DNA from: the human T2T-CHM13v2.0 reference genome, Homo sapiens
Assembly: GCF_009914755.1 (NCBI RefSeq)
Contig: NC_060927.1
DNA: 64,000 nt
Strand: one strand, 5' to 3'
In this document: in pieces, positions 24,181-38,186 of the stretch
Numbering within the stretch: position 1 is the stretch's first letter
How the letters are laid out: the number at the start of each line of letters is the position of its first letter
Translations under genes and position numbers: made by a program
Notes under the pieces: generated by a model
Database searches by the model: none
Seen by the model: the letters and a program-made list of their open reading frames with translations, nothing else
Told to the model about the DNA's origin: nothing

Positions 24181-26059
24181 ACTAGGGGAAAATAAAAGTG
24201 GGACTTGTACTATAAATAAGAAAAAAAATCACATAACAAATGTCTATCTTTGCTAAATTGAATGGAAGAAAGACTATACTTGTACCAATGTTCCAAAGGT
24301 GGTCAGCAACCCCATAACATAACCCAGCACAGCTAAAATAGTCTGTGAACTTGCCAAGCCTCAGTGAAAGCAACCAGTGAAAATTGATACTTCTTCCATT
24401 GTTCTCATTAGATGGGGCTCCTTACTTAGCTCACCAACTCCCCAAATCTTTATCCTTTTTAAGTGAGCTCTTGATTAGCCAGCTAGGCATTTTTGACACC
24501 AGTCTAGAACTTGAGGAGTTAATAGTGTGGAGGCTGTGGGACATGTAGAATGGATGGCTTTAGAGGACAAGAGGTGGCCAGCACTCAATTTGTCTTGTGC
24601 CTCCAGTTGCATTTCAAAAGCTCTCTGTTTTAGCTCTGACATTTCAGGTGTGAAGAGCAGAGTCAGCAAGTTCCCTTAGTGAATATTTTAAAATGATGCT
24701 GCAAGACACTAGGGAGGGAGATGTGGAAGCAAAAGCCAGACAGTGACAGGAAAATAGACAGAATTCTTAGTCAAGGGAAAAGGAACAGCATCCAGTATTC
24801 TGATATGGATGGTCACTGTTCAGGGACAGTTAGGTTTTTTTATGCTTCAGGAAGAAATCTATTATTTGTTTTCCACTCTTTTAACAAATACTTTAGAAAC
24901 AAATGAAGTGATAAAAAAGGTTTCTTTTTAAAATATAATGTGAACACTATTCAGATAGTATATAGTATTTTCAAAAGGAAATTTGCTCTTTGATTGTGAG
25001 AGAACATGTTTATAAAACTCAGAGGGAAGGACAATAAATTGATCCTGGAGCAAAATGGAGCTGTGTAGTTTCTTGGTGACCTTTTTTAAGTTTCTTCTCA
25101 AACTTAGAATTCTACTTAGCCATCTTAAGCTGAATATTTTACAACCATCAGTATATATCCCATAAAGTATTAGAGCAAAATACATTAGAGTATAGATTCT
25201 AGATGAAAGACAAATGTGCTCTCTAGGCTTGCAGGAATGATCCTTTAATGATGGTCTTTCTGGCAGTGAGGGAAGTGATATACCTACAGTAGAGCTCTTT
25301 GAGTGTGAGGATCATTTTGTAAGGCGACTTGATTCCTGGCATTTTGACAACTTCTACTCTTCTATTGCATCATTAAGGTTTCTTCTATGAAAGTTGAGAT
25401 AATGAGTTGGTATATTCTTAGTTCTCATTGCACAAACCTTGAAAAGCCCCCAACCAAGTGGTCTATACATGATAAATTCTAAATATTTATTTAATATTGT
25501 ATAGCCTTGCTCAACCAGTTCCAATTTTTTTATTCAAATTGATATCCTACACTGTCTACCTTTGTGAGAATATGATTTGGTACATGTCATCATGCAAATT
25601 TCTCAACAATCCTCTGATTCCTACCTATCCCCCCAAAATCAAATCTAGACTTATGACTCCATGAAGCTTTTCCTGACCTCTACAGACTTCAAATATCTTC
25701 CTCTCCACTTATCTCCTAGAAGTCTTTTATTTATATATATTTGGCATTCATTATATAATCTCTCAAATTCCAGTATTCTACTGAATCATCTCAAGTTTAA
25801 GCTCCTGAAGAGAAGAAGCCATACCTCATATCATGTTTTTCCTGTCTATACATTTATTAATGTCTCAGTCCAGTGGTTCTCTATTTGGATTGATTATATG
25901 CAGCCCACCTTAACAAAAATATAATAAGTATCTTCTATGTTAAACAATGGAGCTTCAGAGATGTGTAAAATAAGATCCCTGCCCTTATAAAGATAAGTAA
26001 CTAGTGGAGAAAGAAACAAGATCTTGGTTTCCAACAGCCAAGATCATTTCCAACAAAGC

Positions 26060-26985
26060 ACATTGGATTGGAGGGCCCTTGAGATCAGAGACCATACTTA
26101 TGCTGTGTCTTCAGCATGTAGCACATTTCAGCCCTGACTTGATTCTTGAGCACTAGGCTAATATATCCAACAGCCTGTGTGACATTTCTACTGTCACGGG
26201 CATCTCATACTTAATATGGCTCACAGAGAACTATTGATTTATTTTATCCCATAGGAAGCCTGTTTCTTCTATTAACAAATGACAACAGCTTCTGCCAAGC
26301 TCCTAAAAACCCAGGAGTTACCTTTACATTCATATCATCAGCCAATCACATTAGTTTTAAATTTGAAAAATATGTTCAAGGCCGGGCGCGGTGGCTCACG
26401 CCTGTAATCCCAGCACTTTGGGAGGCCGAGGTGGGTGGATCACGAGGTCAGGAGATCGAGACCATCCTGGCTAACATGGTGAAACCCGGTCTCTACTAAA
26501 AATACAAAAAATTAGCCAGGCGTGGTGGCGGGCGCCTGTAGCCCCAGCTACTCAGGAGGCTGGGGCAGGAGAATGGCATGAACCCAGGAGGCGGAGCTTG
26601 CAGTGAGCCGAGATCCGCGCCACTGCACTCCAGCCTGGGCGACAGAGCAAGACTCCATCTCAAAAAAAAAAAAAAAAAAAAAAAAAAGGAAGAAAAATAT
26701 GTTCAAATCTCACTATTTCTCTCGCTACAGTTGAAGCCACTAAGTGTTTCTCTGTATTAACTATAACCACCTCCTAACTCATCTCCCTGCTTCCACATTC
26801 ACATCCTTTTTGTTTTGTTTTGTTTCACATAAAGCTTATTTCTGCTTCAGGGTCTTTGGCTTTCCTGTTTTCATTTTCTAAAATTCTCTCTTCTTGAAGA
26901 GAAATTTTATCTAATTTATCACTAAAGTCCCAACACATAGTAGACTGCGTGGTACAAAGCAATAATTCAATATTTATCGAAAGAG
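26060..26985 (+). mobile_element. L2 fragment(s) interrupted by AluY
   Basis: ATATCCAACAGCCTGTGTGACATTTCTAC...CATCTCATACTTAATATGG...CTCCTAACTCATCTCCCTGCTTCCAC...TTCAATATTTATCGAA. Confidence 0.65.
26380..26691 (+). mobile_element. AluY
   Basis: GAGATCGAGACCATCCTGGCTAAC and GCGGAGCTTGCAGTG diagnostics; perfect 15-bp TSD GAAAAATATGTTCAA (26365-79, 26692-706). Confidence 0.96.
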
Positions 26986-28822
26986 TGAGCACAATTTTAG
27001 TTGTTTAAATATATGTAGAAATGAATCATAAATGACTTGAGTTTGTGTACCTAGAAGCTAACATAGTTTAGATCTCAAGAAGGTTATGGCTTAAATATAT
27101 TTGATTCTATGGGCTATCTGTATAAATGAATGAGTAATCCTCCACTAAGTATTAGATGAGTGACTAGAATGTCCTGAGTGAGCTCACAAAACCAATGGCT
27201 GGCAACCACGATAGTTAAGCCAATAGTTAAGCAGTGATTTTCATCTTTAATACATGTTTTCATGTTAATAAAAGCTTACTCTTAGCCAGACAGGACCGCT
27301 TTTAGCCTTTAAGGACTGGAAAAGTTCCCAAGTGAACAAGCATCAATTTCATGATTTATCTTAACTGGCTAAATACATCAGTAATTCCTGGAAGCTGAGA
27401 TAGGATGAAAACAGGACTGCATTACCTCTCTTGCCTACAGTGTTGTGCTGCTTTAATCCTTTTCTGGATCTCAGCTTTTAAAAACATTGTATCAGAAAAT
27501 TGGGGATAATAATAGTAACTACTGAAGGAATGGTTGTGTGTATTTAGAAAAGTAATGTACATAAATTCATTAGGACAGGGTCTGGTATATACTAAGTCCT
27601 CATAAATGATAATATAATAATGATGATTATGCATTAAAGCATTTTAAGCTATAATAGTGCTTTCTAAATATAAGGGAGAAGAAATCAAGGCCTTAAAAAT
27701 ACAAATTATGTTTCGCTTCTGGAGTAGAGATTACATCACTCTGCATCTCACACAGTTTTCATTATTTTCACCAGGTATGTACTAGGTACTCAGTTAAATG
27801 TTTTCGAAAAAAGTTTGTTCAGAATCAGAGAGAAGCAAGGTCAGAAAAATTCAGGAAATTTTTTTTTTATTGAAAAAATAATTCACATCATGTTTAAATT
27901 TTCCAGTTTATAACTAACTTTTGGGAGGGCGCAAATATTTCTTGGGGTAATTGAAGTAAAGGTAATATTCTCCGCCAAAATACATAATTGAAAGCCTACA
28001 TTTTGTCCCAGTCAAGTTTAAATTTTATTTGTGATACTTCTTTCAAGAACAAAGTTAAGGCATACGTTAGGATTCTGTCAAACATTAGGAAAAGAAGGTT
28101 TTATTTCTTCTGAAGTTGACCTTGATTACTTTATATCTCTCATAGTTTTCAGTACTTTAACTAGGTTTATTATAACTTCTCAATAAATATCTTTTGAAAA
28201 AATGAATAAAAAGGTATTTAGAAATGACACATATAAGCTTCATGTGACTTTAGAGACACATGTGCAGATAGTTGTCGAGTCCTTTATTCCCTTGTGACAA
28301 AGGCCATTTGTCATGATTAATATCATCTATCACATGGCCTCTTTACCTTCTTTTGAAGCCCTTGCTTCCAAAAGACTTCCCATTTCTAGGAATTATATCC
28401 CAGCCTGGTCATCACAAAGCTTCTGTTTTTCAAGCTCCAATTATAAGCTTCCCAGGGGCTGAAAAGCATTTTCTGTACTCCTTAAGCCTGTGGTGACTTC
28501 CTTTCAGTTCTTTGTTACGGAGTGTCTCTGACACTCTGACACTCCACCAACCCACACAGACTGGTCACAAGAGGGCCTATTCGTTTAGGCTTATTACATA
28601 TGAGAAGCTAAGTCACCTTCAAAGCTGTGAAAATCAGCAATCTTGAGTGCTTGAGTGTTTCTCCAATGACTGCCAATCTGATGGGGTCTCTGGTTGGCCT
28701 TGTGGATGCTTTCAGTTCCCTCTGACTTCAGCAGACAGCTTTATTGTGGAGGATGTTCTTGACCTGGAGCACCATTCATCAGAGGCACCATTCTTTCTCA
28801 TTGCTTTTATACTTACTGGAAT

Positions 28823-29363
28823 TGTTACTGAGGAGCTTAGCTTCAAAATGCATTTTGAAACTTTTTTCCTTTCCTTCTTAATCTCAGAATTTAGCCTTGT
28901 ATTTTTTAGAACTGTTTGTTTCCCTCACCAAGTACTCCTATGCAAAGTGCTCACTTATCTAACTATGTGCTTGCTTAGAAATTCCAGGGGCTAATTTTGA
29001 AACAAACCAGGAACAGAGACCCAGCTGCAGAATCCTCCCACTTAGTGGGAGTCACAAACTATTAGTCCACCACAATCTGGACAAAAGTCAAGGTGATTCC
29101 AACCAGACCTCCAGAGGAGAGATTATTCAAGATAGCCATAAGGCCAAGACACGCTACCTGCACCCTCCTAAACCACTCCTGCATGTTTCCTTTTTAAACC
29201 CCTTCACTCAGCCCAAAGGGTGGGAATGGCCTTTTAAGGGCATGAGCCTGGTCATTTCCCAACTGCTAGTGTTCGAGTAATAAAACTTTTCTTTCCTTTC
29301 ACCACACCTTGCCTCTTGCTTTTGGTCTCTGACTGGTGAGCAGCCAGACTTGAGTTGGTTACA
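28823..29363 (+). mobile_element. ERV1 solo LTR (MER34/MER39-type)
   Basis: TGTTAC...GTTACA termini, AATAAA at ~29279, 4-bp TSD GAAT on both sides. Confidence 0.82.
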
Positions 29364-31829
29364 GAATTCCCTGTGAGAATATATCCAACTAAGTTCTCAA
29401 AGTTTATTTATTTTTATTTTTCTTATATTTAGAGTGGTTGTCAAATCCACTTGATCAAAAACCTAGGTGGAAAAATTCAACTGTTTATCCTTTGATCTCT
29501 ACTCAATAGAATAAAACTGGGGTTTGTAAGAAGAAAGTTATACTTTTGGCTGTGAAATAGGTCCCCTGCTCCAAATGTGTCTACTAACATTATAACTAGG
29601 GATTGATAACTATCCCTTAACCTAGTATTTAGACAGAACTTTCACTGTGATCTTGTGAACGTCTGTCTGTCGCTTTTTGCCTACACTGACCACTTGCATG
29701 TTTAGCTACTCTGAGCTCGAAGACTGTGAGATGTCTGGTGGAACCTCCCTACTCTATAGCGAGGTTTTGGGAAAGCCTATTTTCTTTACACAGTGTGCCA
29801 AGTGATTACACCTACCCCTGAGCACAAGATAAACACCAGACATAGAGCTTCTTTATTTAAGCTTCACTTGGTATGGTTAGCTAGCTTTATTCTGCTCTAG
29901 ATTGTACTGTCCTCTCCAATTTCCCCTTAGGTCTGTATCTGAGCTCACACATGAGATCTTCTCTCCCTTGCCTTTTTTTCTACCAGTTCTTTCCGCTGCC
30001 TTGGGTCTATGCCACACATTGCTATCTCTTGTATCAATATAGATAATTAACTCTTTCGTAAGACCTTGACATGAGAGAAACACTACAAACAAGATGCCCA
30101 GAACTGCTAGAAAATGACCATGAATTGCACTCAAGTTAGTTCTCACATCTCTTCTGCAGCTATTTTGGCTTCTGGCTCCTGCATCTGCTCCACTCCAACC
30201 TCTAAGAAACAGATCCCAATATTTTGCATGGCTTCTTCAACACAGTGTAAAAACAGAGTAAAACTGGGAATTATATCTCACTGCTAAAAATGTAGGTTGG
30301 TGGCTTTAGTGACCCAGAAATGATAATAATAATGCTAAGTAATCTTAAAGTAATTCAATTTTCCTGACCTCAGGGAAGGAGGAGGATTTTGTTTCCTTTG
30401 TTTGGCCTACATAAATTATTTATGCAAAACCAAGGTCTTTAAGGAAAGAGAATGTAGCCAAAGAAAATGTTTTGTATTTCCTCCCTCATGTAGCCCTCCA
30501 CCTTGCTCAGAAGGCAGTTGCTAATTAAGTTAAGGCTGTTTTCTCCCAAGGAGGGAGTTAGAACCCCAAATGTTAGATCTGAGTAAATTCTCTTCCTCCA
30601 GATCTCCCACAATAAACTTCCCATTATTAAACAAAAACTACAATTTTACTTCATAGTTTGTTGTGTTCTGGGCACTGAATCCATCTGATTAGAATAAAAC
30701 CAGTGGAAAAAGGGGAGAATGAAAAAGGAAGGTTTCTTTCTTTAAATCCTTTCAATCAAGTGAGGAATTTTTAGCCAGTTTTATTCCCATAGTTTCCAAG
30801 TTGTTTTGAATGAAAACCAGCCTTCTAGCTAACTCTTACGGGTGCAGTCTCTATCAAATAAAAGTGCTCATGAAACAGTTGGTTGGAGGTCAAGTGAAAA
30901 GAACACATCAAGTTTCCCACAGATTTCCTCCCCAGCAGATAATGGATGTAAGTTCACTGAGAAGTGACAAAGCATTTAAGGGGACCCTTCAAACAGTATC
31001 TGCCCAAGGAGTTCACAAGAATTGCCCCTCTAGCCTAGGGCTTCCTGTTGTGAGTATGAAAGGTTTTTGATCATGTCATTTCAATTTGTCCCACACAACA
31101 TGTCTCAGAGAGAAAGAGAAGTATTTACCTCATGAACACTGGTTGTTAGCCCAGATCTTTTTTCTTTCATTCTTTCCGTCTTTCTTTATTTTTTTTTCAG
31201 TAGATATGTCTCCTGAAGCTTTATTCCTGCTATGACCAAAGTGCCTTCTGTTATCACAACAGGATAAAAAATAACAGCTAAAGAAAGAGAGAAAAAAACA
31301 ATAATGCATTGCTTTGTACGAACTCATACTCTCAAGTCTACTATTACTTTTGCACCCAAGTCTGCGCATTCAGATTTATCTCCTCTAGGCTGCATATGCT
31401 TGGAGGCCTAAATAGGTTGTCCGCATATCAGAGTAGGTTGAATAGGTGAAGCTACTAGGCAGAATCACAGAAGCGTTTTGTGGGGCTGACAACAAAGAGA
31501 AGGTGTGATGCTTCCTGCAAAGCTGATTTGTCAGCTATCAGATAAGAACTCTAATTGGTCTCTCTGTCTATGCAAATGATGACTTGTAGTTCTGAATAAA
31601 TTTAATTTGAAACAAACTGTGAGCCTTGTACTCACAGAAAAGTTAAAGTAATTAGGTTGAGAGACAAGGTTTTTAAACAATAATCATTTTCACTGTAAAG
31701 AAATGTTTTGGTTCCCTAGATATTACATATATACAAATATATCCTCTCTTTAAAATATGAATAAGCTAAAAAGAAAAATTCTGATTCTGCTACTAAATGT
31801 TCAAAATTTCATTCTCTCCTCTTCACATT

Positions 31830-31990
31830 TGGTCCCCGCTGCAAATGGTTGACCTTAGGAGTTATGTAGTCCCTCTCTATGTCCTCATCTGTCAAATGGG
31901 CTGAAAATGGTGCCTACCTCGCTGGGTTGTTAAAAATATTAAATGAAATACTATGGCAGGTACATAGTAAGCTCACATGGTTATAATTAA
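31830..31990 (+). mobile_element. MIR
   Basis: CCTCATCTGTCAAATGGG...GTGCCTACCTCGCTGGGTTGTT...ATTAAATGAAATA...ACATAGTAAGCTCA. Confidence 0.7.
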
Positions 31991-32107
31991 CAAAGCCCTT
32001 CATTATTCCATCTGTGTCTAACTCTCCAGTCTCATTTGTCAAAGTTCTGATTTTGTGTTTTATAATCATATGATTATATATATAAATATATAATCATATA
32101 TATATAA

Positions 32108-32972
32108 TCAGGGGGCAGAGAAATTGTAGACAGAAAAGGGTGGGTTCCCGGCAAAATCCCGCCCTCAAGCCGAAAAGCCTGCAACCACAGCCCAAAGTGA
32201 GATATATCATCCCTGTTTTCCCCCTCGAATACTGCCTTTTCTTAAACTACCCATGATCCACCCCACTCTACCCCATTCGGTGCCCATAAAGACCCCCCAG
32301 ACTCAGCCGGCAGAGAGTAGAAGCAGCCGGACGACAGGACTATGGCTGGACGTCGGAGAGAAGTGGCCTGACTTCAGAGGGACAGCTTGAGGTATAATTT
32401 CGGAGAAGAATCTGGCCGGAAATGGCCGTACTTCAGGGGAACATTAACTATCAGCCTCATCCTCTTTTCAGCTCCCCTTCCCATTGAGAGCTGCTTTTAT
32501 TGGCAATAAAATCCCCCACATTTACCATCCTTCAATTGGTTCGTGCGACCTCATTTTTCCTGGACAGCAGACAAGAGCTTTGGAACTACAAGTGCAGATA
32601 ACAAAAGGCTGTCACATTGGCCCTTTGCCCTTGCTGGCGGAGGGCAGCCACCCCATGCGACGAGGCAAAGGGCCCACTGAGCTGTTAACACCTAAACCAT
32701 CCACAAATGGCAGAGCTAAAAGAGCACTGTAACACGCCCTCTGGGGCTTCAGGAGTCACAGGCACCCCCATCTGGATGCTGCCACGGGGCCTGCGCAGAG
32801 TTTGCTCCTGCCAGCACCGAAGCAGCCGCTGGTTCCAGCACTCATGCACTCCAGTTCCTGCCTCATTTGCTCACGCACTGCCTCCCCACAAGGAGTTGAG
32901 AACGATACGCTGAGTAAACCGGGCACCCCTGTCACGAGTTCCGCGAAGGGGTCAGGGAAATATCCTGCTTCA
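32108..32972 (+). mobile_element. ERV1 solo LTR of the LTR1/LTR27/LTR28/MER52 group
   Basis: CCCTCAAGCCGAAAAGCCTG...CCCATAAAGACCCCCCAGACTCAGCCGGCAGAGAG...AATAAAATCCCC...AGGGGTCAGGGAAATATCCTGCTTCA; the 5' terminus is obscured by an AT-rich palindrome. Confidence 0.82.
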
Positions 32973-33130
32973 ATTTCAGCCCTCTAGATACATGGACATC
33001 CCTACTGTATCTGGAATATGCTTCTCCTTACCTGATTCTCATCCGTTCCGCCTTGGGAACTGCTTATTCAAAACTTGGTTCAGCTATTGCTTTTCTTATG
33101 GTGCTCCATCTTCTCAAAACACTTAATTAT

Positions 33131-33132
<2 letters not shown>

Positions 33133-33165
<33 letters not shown>
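33133..33165 (+). repeat. T33 homopolymer
   Basis: 33 consecutive T with no attached Alu or L1 body. Confidence 0.95.
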
Positions 33166-33173
<8 letters not shown>

Positions 33174-33177
33174 TACT

Positions 33178-33710
33178 TGTAACAGATTGTATTTTCTAAA
33201 GACAGCTCAAAAATATCTCTCACCATATGCTCTTCTGCATTTGGATAGTGCCATTGTCATGATTCTATCAAAAAGTGAAATTTATTGCTCCACTCCCCTG
33301 AATCTGGTCAGGCCCTGTGACTGTTTTTGCCAATAAGTTACAGCAGAAATGATGCTATAATTACTACAGGCACAGGCCTTAACTGGCCTAGCAGTTTAGC
33401 TTCCTGCCTCTCACAGCTTTGAATATCCATTAAAAAAGTCCAGGTTACTTTGGGAGCCAGAGACACCACATAGAAGGGCTCTGAGGTGTCAGACCCATGA
33501 GTGAGGAAGCCATTTTTGATATCCAGCCCAGCTGGGTCTTCAATGACTCCGGTTCCAGCTGTTTTCTGTCTGCAACAAATAGAAGGCTTTAAGCAAAAAC
33601 CACCAGCTGAACATAGCCAAACCATAAAACCATGAGAGACGATGAGAAATTATTTAAAGCCACTGAGATTTGAGGTTGTTTCTTATGCAGCAATAGATTA
33701 CCAGGATAAT
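33178..33710 (+). mobile_element. MLT1 (MLT1G/H-like) LTR
   Basis: TGTAACAGATTGTATTTTCTAAAGA...CCCCTGAATCTGGTCAGGCCCTGTGACTG...AAGCCACTGAGATTTGAGGTTGTTTCTTATGCAGCAATAGAT. Confidence 0.8.
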
Positions 33711-33822
33711 ATGTATCTGGTTTCAAAGAACCTTTACTAGTGCTTGTGTACGTTCTTTTTGTTGGTTTCATTTCTTTGTATGTTTGTCCCCTTTGCAAGA
33801 CTATGAACATCTTAAAAATTGA

Positions 33823-34142
<320 letters not shown>

Positions 34143-34459
34143 GAGAGTTTGTTTAATAAGAATTTGTAATGTAACTACTGGGATCATTATAGGCTCTAAA
34201 TATTTGTTGAAATGTAAATGTACAGGGTAGAACTGTTATTTCATTATATTTCTTAAACTTTGTGAGAAGATGAAATTAAAATCATTACTTATGCTACTAT
34301 ATAGAACATATTTTTTGAGTATCCTGTTCCTCTGCCCCATCTTCTCTACCAACACCAAGGAGGATGAGAAGATAAGATGTGACTCATATACCAAAATGTA
34401 TCCAAAACAAGGTAAATTCTTAATGGAGCAAAGATTGCTTTCATCCTTGACAAAGATAT

Positions 34460-34975
<516 letters not shown>

Positions 34976-35049
34976 AGAAGATAGAAATAATCACAGATAG
35001 ACTGCACACCCTGTGATAATACGGGGCAGTAGATCTGCTGATGGTTCAT

Positions 35050-35262
35050 TAGTTATGCACTTGGACTTCAGTGTTATGCAGACATGGATTGTATTCTGAC
35101 TGTACCTGGGTGACTGGGTCCAAGCACTCCACCTCTCTAAGCTCTAGTTTACTCATCTAAACAACAGGCATAAAAAACGTCTAAAATTGTTGTGCAGACC
35201 AAGAGGCAATACATACAAAAAGTTTGGCACAGTGCCTGACATAGAGTAAGTGCTCAATTATT
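35050..35262 (+). mobile_element. MIR
   Basis: CTCTCTAAGCTCTAGTTTACTCATCT...GGCACAGTGCCTGACATAGAGTAAGTGCTCAATTATT. Confidence 0.75.
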
Positions 35263-35328
35263 GGAGTAAAGTAAGAAAAGATGAAGAGAATTGGAAGTAG
35301 CAGCTGTTGAGGAAGAAGAGGAGTCAGT

Positions 35329-35444
35329 GCTGGGTGTGGTGGCTCACACCTGGAATCCCAGTGACACAGGAGGATCTCTTGAGGCTAGTAGTTCGTGACC
35401 AGCCTGGGCAATGTAGACCCTGTTTCTTAAAAATAAATAAATAA
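35329..35444 (+). mobile_element. FLAM (Alu monomer)
   Basis: GCTGGGTGTGGTGGCTCACACCTG...CCAGCCTGGGCAA...(AAAT)n; TSD AGAGGAGTCAGT / AGAGAAGTCAGT. Confidence 0.85.
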
Positions 35445-37519
35445 CTAGAGAAGTCAGTGACAATGGCCACCTTTGCTAGTATGAATGGTGGGATTCTTTA
35501 TTTCATTCACTTTTTATGTTATGTTATCACCTTAGTCCACACACTCATTACCACACACTTGAATTACTGAAATACACTCTGTTTTGTCTCCCTAACTCTA
35601 GTCGTTTTCTTTTCTTGAATCCTCCCTGAATAGGTTAATCTGGTCTCATTCCCCACCGGTGTCTAATTGGAACTGGCATGGCTTTTCAATGTCTGCTCAT
35701 TAATGTTCATGTTCTCTATCACTCAGATTTCTTATGAACAAGACTCTAGATAACTTGAGCTCAGAAAAATTCTCCCTCACCCAAAAATCTGGCATGGAAA
35801 CACTACATAGATGTTCAATCCACTACTTTCCATTAGTATTTTAACAAAGGATAGAATAACACATATTCATAAATTTGAAGTGCTCCATGTTTAGGTATTT
35901 GTGTGTTCCCAAAATATAAATGACCCAAACACTCAGCCAATGAGTTGCCCATATGTAGTTAAGCCATTGTTTTAGATGCAAGTCATGTGCATTTGGTGCA
36001 GGATGGAGCATCATATGTCAAAGCATATGCCTGCTGCTGAAGCCAAATGCAGATAACATATGCTTGGAGGTAAAATATTTGTAAGTGTTATTGCTTATCA
36101 AAAATTAATGAGAGCAACTGTGTGTGTTTACACTATTTTGGTTTTATAAACAGAACAGCAGGGTTAATTGTAGAAACTGTTTTTGCAAAACAGTCAAGTG
36201 TAGCTTGTTCAAGCTGTGGGCCTTTCTTTCTACACCTCAACTCTGAAATACACATACACACCTACCCTTCCCACACACAGGCAGGCAACACCAACACGCA
36301 TATTTACTTTGGGGGTGGCTACATGTCGGAAGCCCTATTAATGGATCCTTTAGCTCAGAGCTGCTTTTCCTCACAATGCAGATAAAGTAATAGTGTAGGA
36401 GGTTACTCATTAAAAGTTCACGTCTGGAAATATTTACATCTCTACTGGGGGAAAAATCTGTGTGTAAAATTCAAACAGAAGCCATAAAAAATCCACGCTA
36501 TGCATAGTTACATAAAGCTTCTTTGTTTAAAAGTTGATTCACTTACATGATCTGGTGTAACTTTAATATGGTGACAGATATTTTTGTTTTTATTTTATGG
36601 CTGAATAAATTGAGATTCTGCTTGATAAAGTCACTTTTATAGTTGGTTTTGCTGATGACAGACCTTGAGCCTTTACCTGCTGCCCCACCTCTAGGGTAGT
36701 TTCAACTCCATATAGCTATTCAACATCATTAAAGAGTGATGTCATATTAGTAATCAGCTGATGTTCTGATTAAGTGCTTAATTGGTGGTGAGAGCTGGGG
36801 GAGTTGTATCCGATATCATTACCACTAAACCTACTATTTGTAGATTTCAGAATATTTGGGATAAGGAGGTTTGGCTGCACCATCAGAGCATGCAGTGATG
36901 TCACTGGTCCTTGGTAAACCAGCAATATAAATAAACTTTTCTTTAAAGATGGTGACATTTTCTCTTTCCAAACAAACCCACCAGAAACCTGAGTGCCAGA
37001 TCTAAATCAACAGTGTATTGCACAGCTGCTAGATAGGGTGGCTCTTCCCAAAACCTCTACATGTAATCATTATTCTAATACTGATAATTATATTTCCATA
37101 TCAACTGTACTACCCTCTCCTTTTGATTCCATGTACACCGCCTTTATTTGGGCCTCCATCACCTCTCCCAGGCACTCTAATTAAAGCTCTCTAAGTAGTT
37201 TCTTTGCCTTCAGTCTCTCCTTTCCCAATTCTACCTTACAACTCTTCCATGATAATTACTTTCCTAGTGTAAATCTTGATCATGTCAGCTACCAAACTCC
37301 AACTGTTCTCAAGAGTCTTCTGAGAACAGAAAATTAGTTATTTATTTTTCTAATTATAGGATCAGGGTTAAGTAGCATTTTTTTTTTTTTTGCATTTTAT
37401 CTATGCTTGCTCTGATGCAAGATTGCTTTACATGCATATGATGTTTTAGGTCTTAACTATTTAAACCAGGTACCATGTAGGCCATAACACATAAAGACAG
37501 AGTATGACACTATTGGTGG

Positions 37520-38186
37520 TTCCAATCAGTCTAGAACAGCAATGTGAAAGCTACATCTGCAATTTTAAGTTTTCTAGTAACTATGAATTCTATAGACAGA
37601 ATTTGTATGATCCCCCAAATTCCTATGTTGCAATCTTACCCTCCAGTGTAATGGTATTAGGAAGTGGGGTTTGGGGAGGTGATGAGTCATGAGGGCAGAG
37701 CTCTCAGGAATGAGATTTGAAATCTTAAAAAGGAGACCCCAAAGAGCTCCCTCAACCATTCTTCCAAGCAAGGACACAAGGGAAGACAACTGTCTGTGAA
37801 TCAGGAAGCAGGCCCTCACCAAACACTAAATCTGCCAGGATTTGGATCTTGAACTTTCCAGGTTCCAGAATGATAAGAAATGAACTTTTGTTGTTACCCA
37901 GTTTATGGTAATTTGTGATAGCAGCTTGAATATATGAAGATATTACATTAAACAAAAGTAAAAAGAAATATATTACATTCACTTTAATACTATTTTATTG
38001 GACCTAATGTATCTAGTATATTTTCATTTCAACATATAATCCTATACAATTATTGAGACATTTGCTTTATTCATGCTAAGTCTTTGGAATCCAGTAAATT
38101 AACTTTATACTTACAGCACATTTCAATTTAGATTAATCACAATTCATGACACATGACTATAGCCTACTATGTTCAATATTGCAAGG
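37520..38186. mobile_element. MER33-like hAT element split by an MLT1A LTR
   Basis: GCAATTTTAAGTTTTCTAGTAAC on the left; ACATTAAACAAAAGTAAAAAGAAA...TACTTACAGCACATTTCAATTTAGA...GACACATGACTA on the right. Confidence 0.7.
37588..37941 (+). mobile_element. MLT1A-type LTR
   Basis: CCCCCAAATTCCTATGTTG...GTCATGAGGGCAGAGCTCTCAGGAATG...GCCCTCACCAAACACTAAATCTGCC...CCCAGTTTATGGTAATTTGTGATAGCAGC. Confidence 0.85.

Noticed and set aside
27211-27232. ATAGTTAAGC direct repeat
   Set aside because: A 10-bp local duplication, common and uninformative.
28647-31369. ORFs 28647-28994, 29877-30146, 30810-31070 and 31130-31369 as host exons
   Set aside because: No recognisable domain or convincing exon structure; the first runs into an LTR, and the lengths are consistent with chance.
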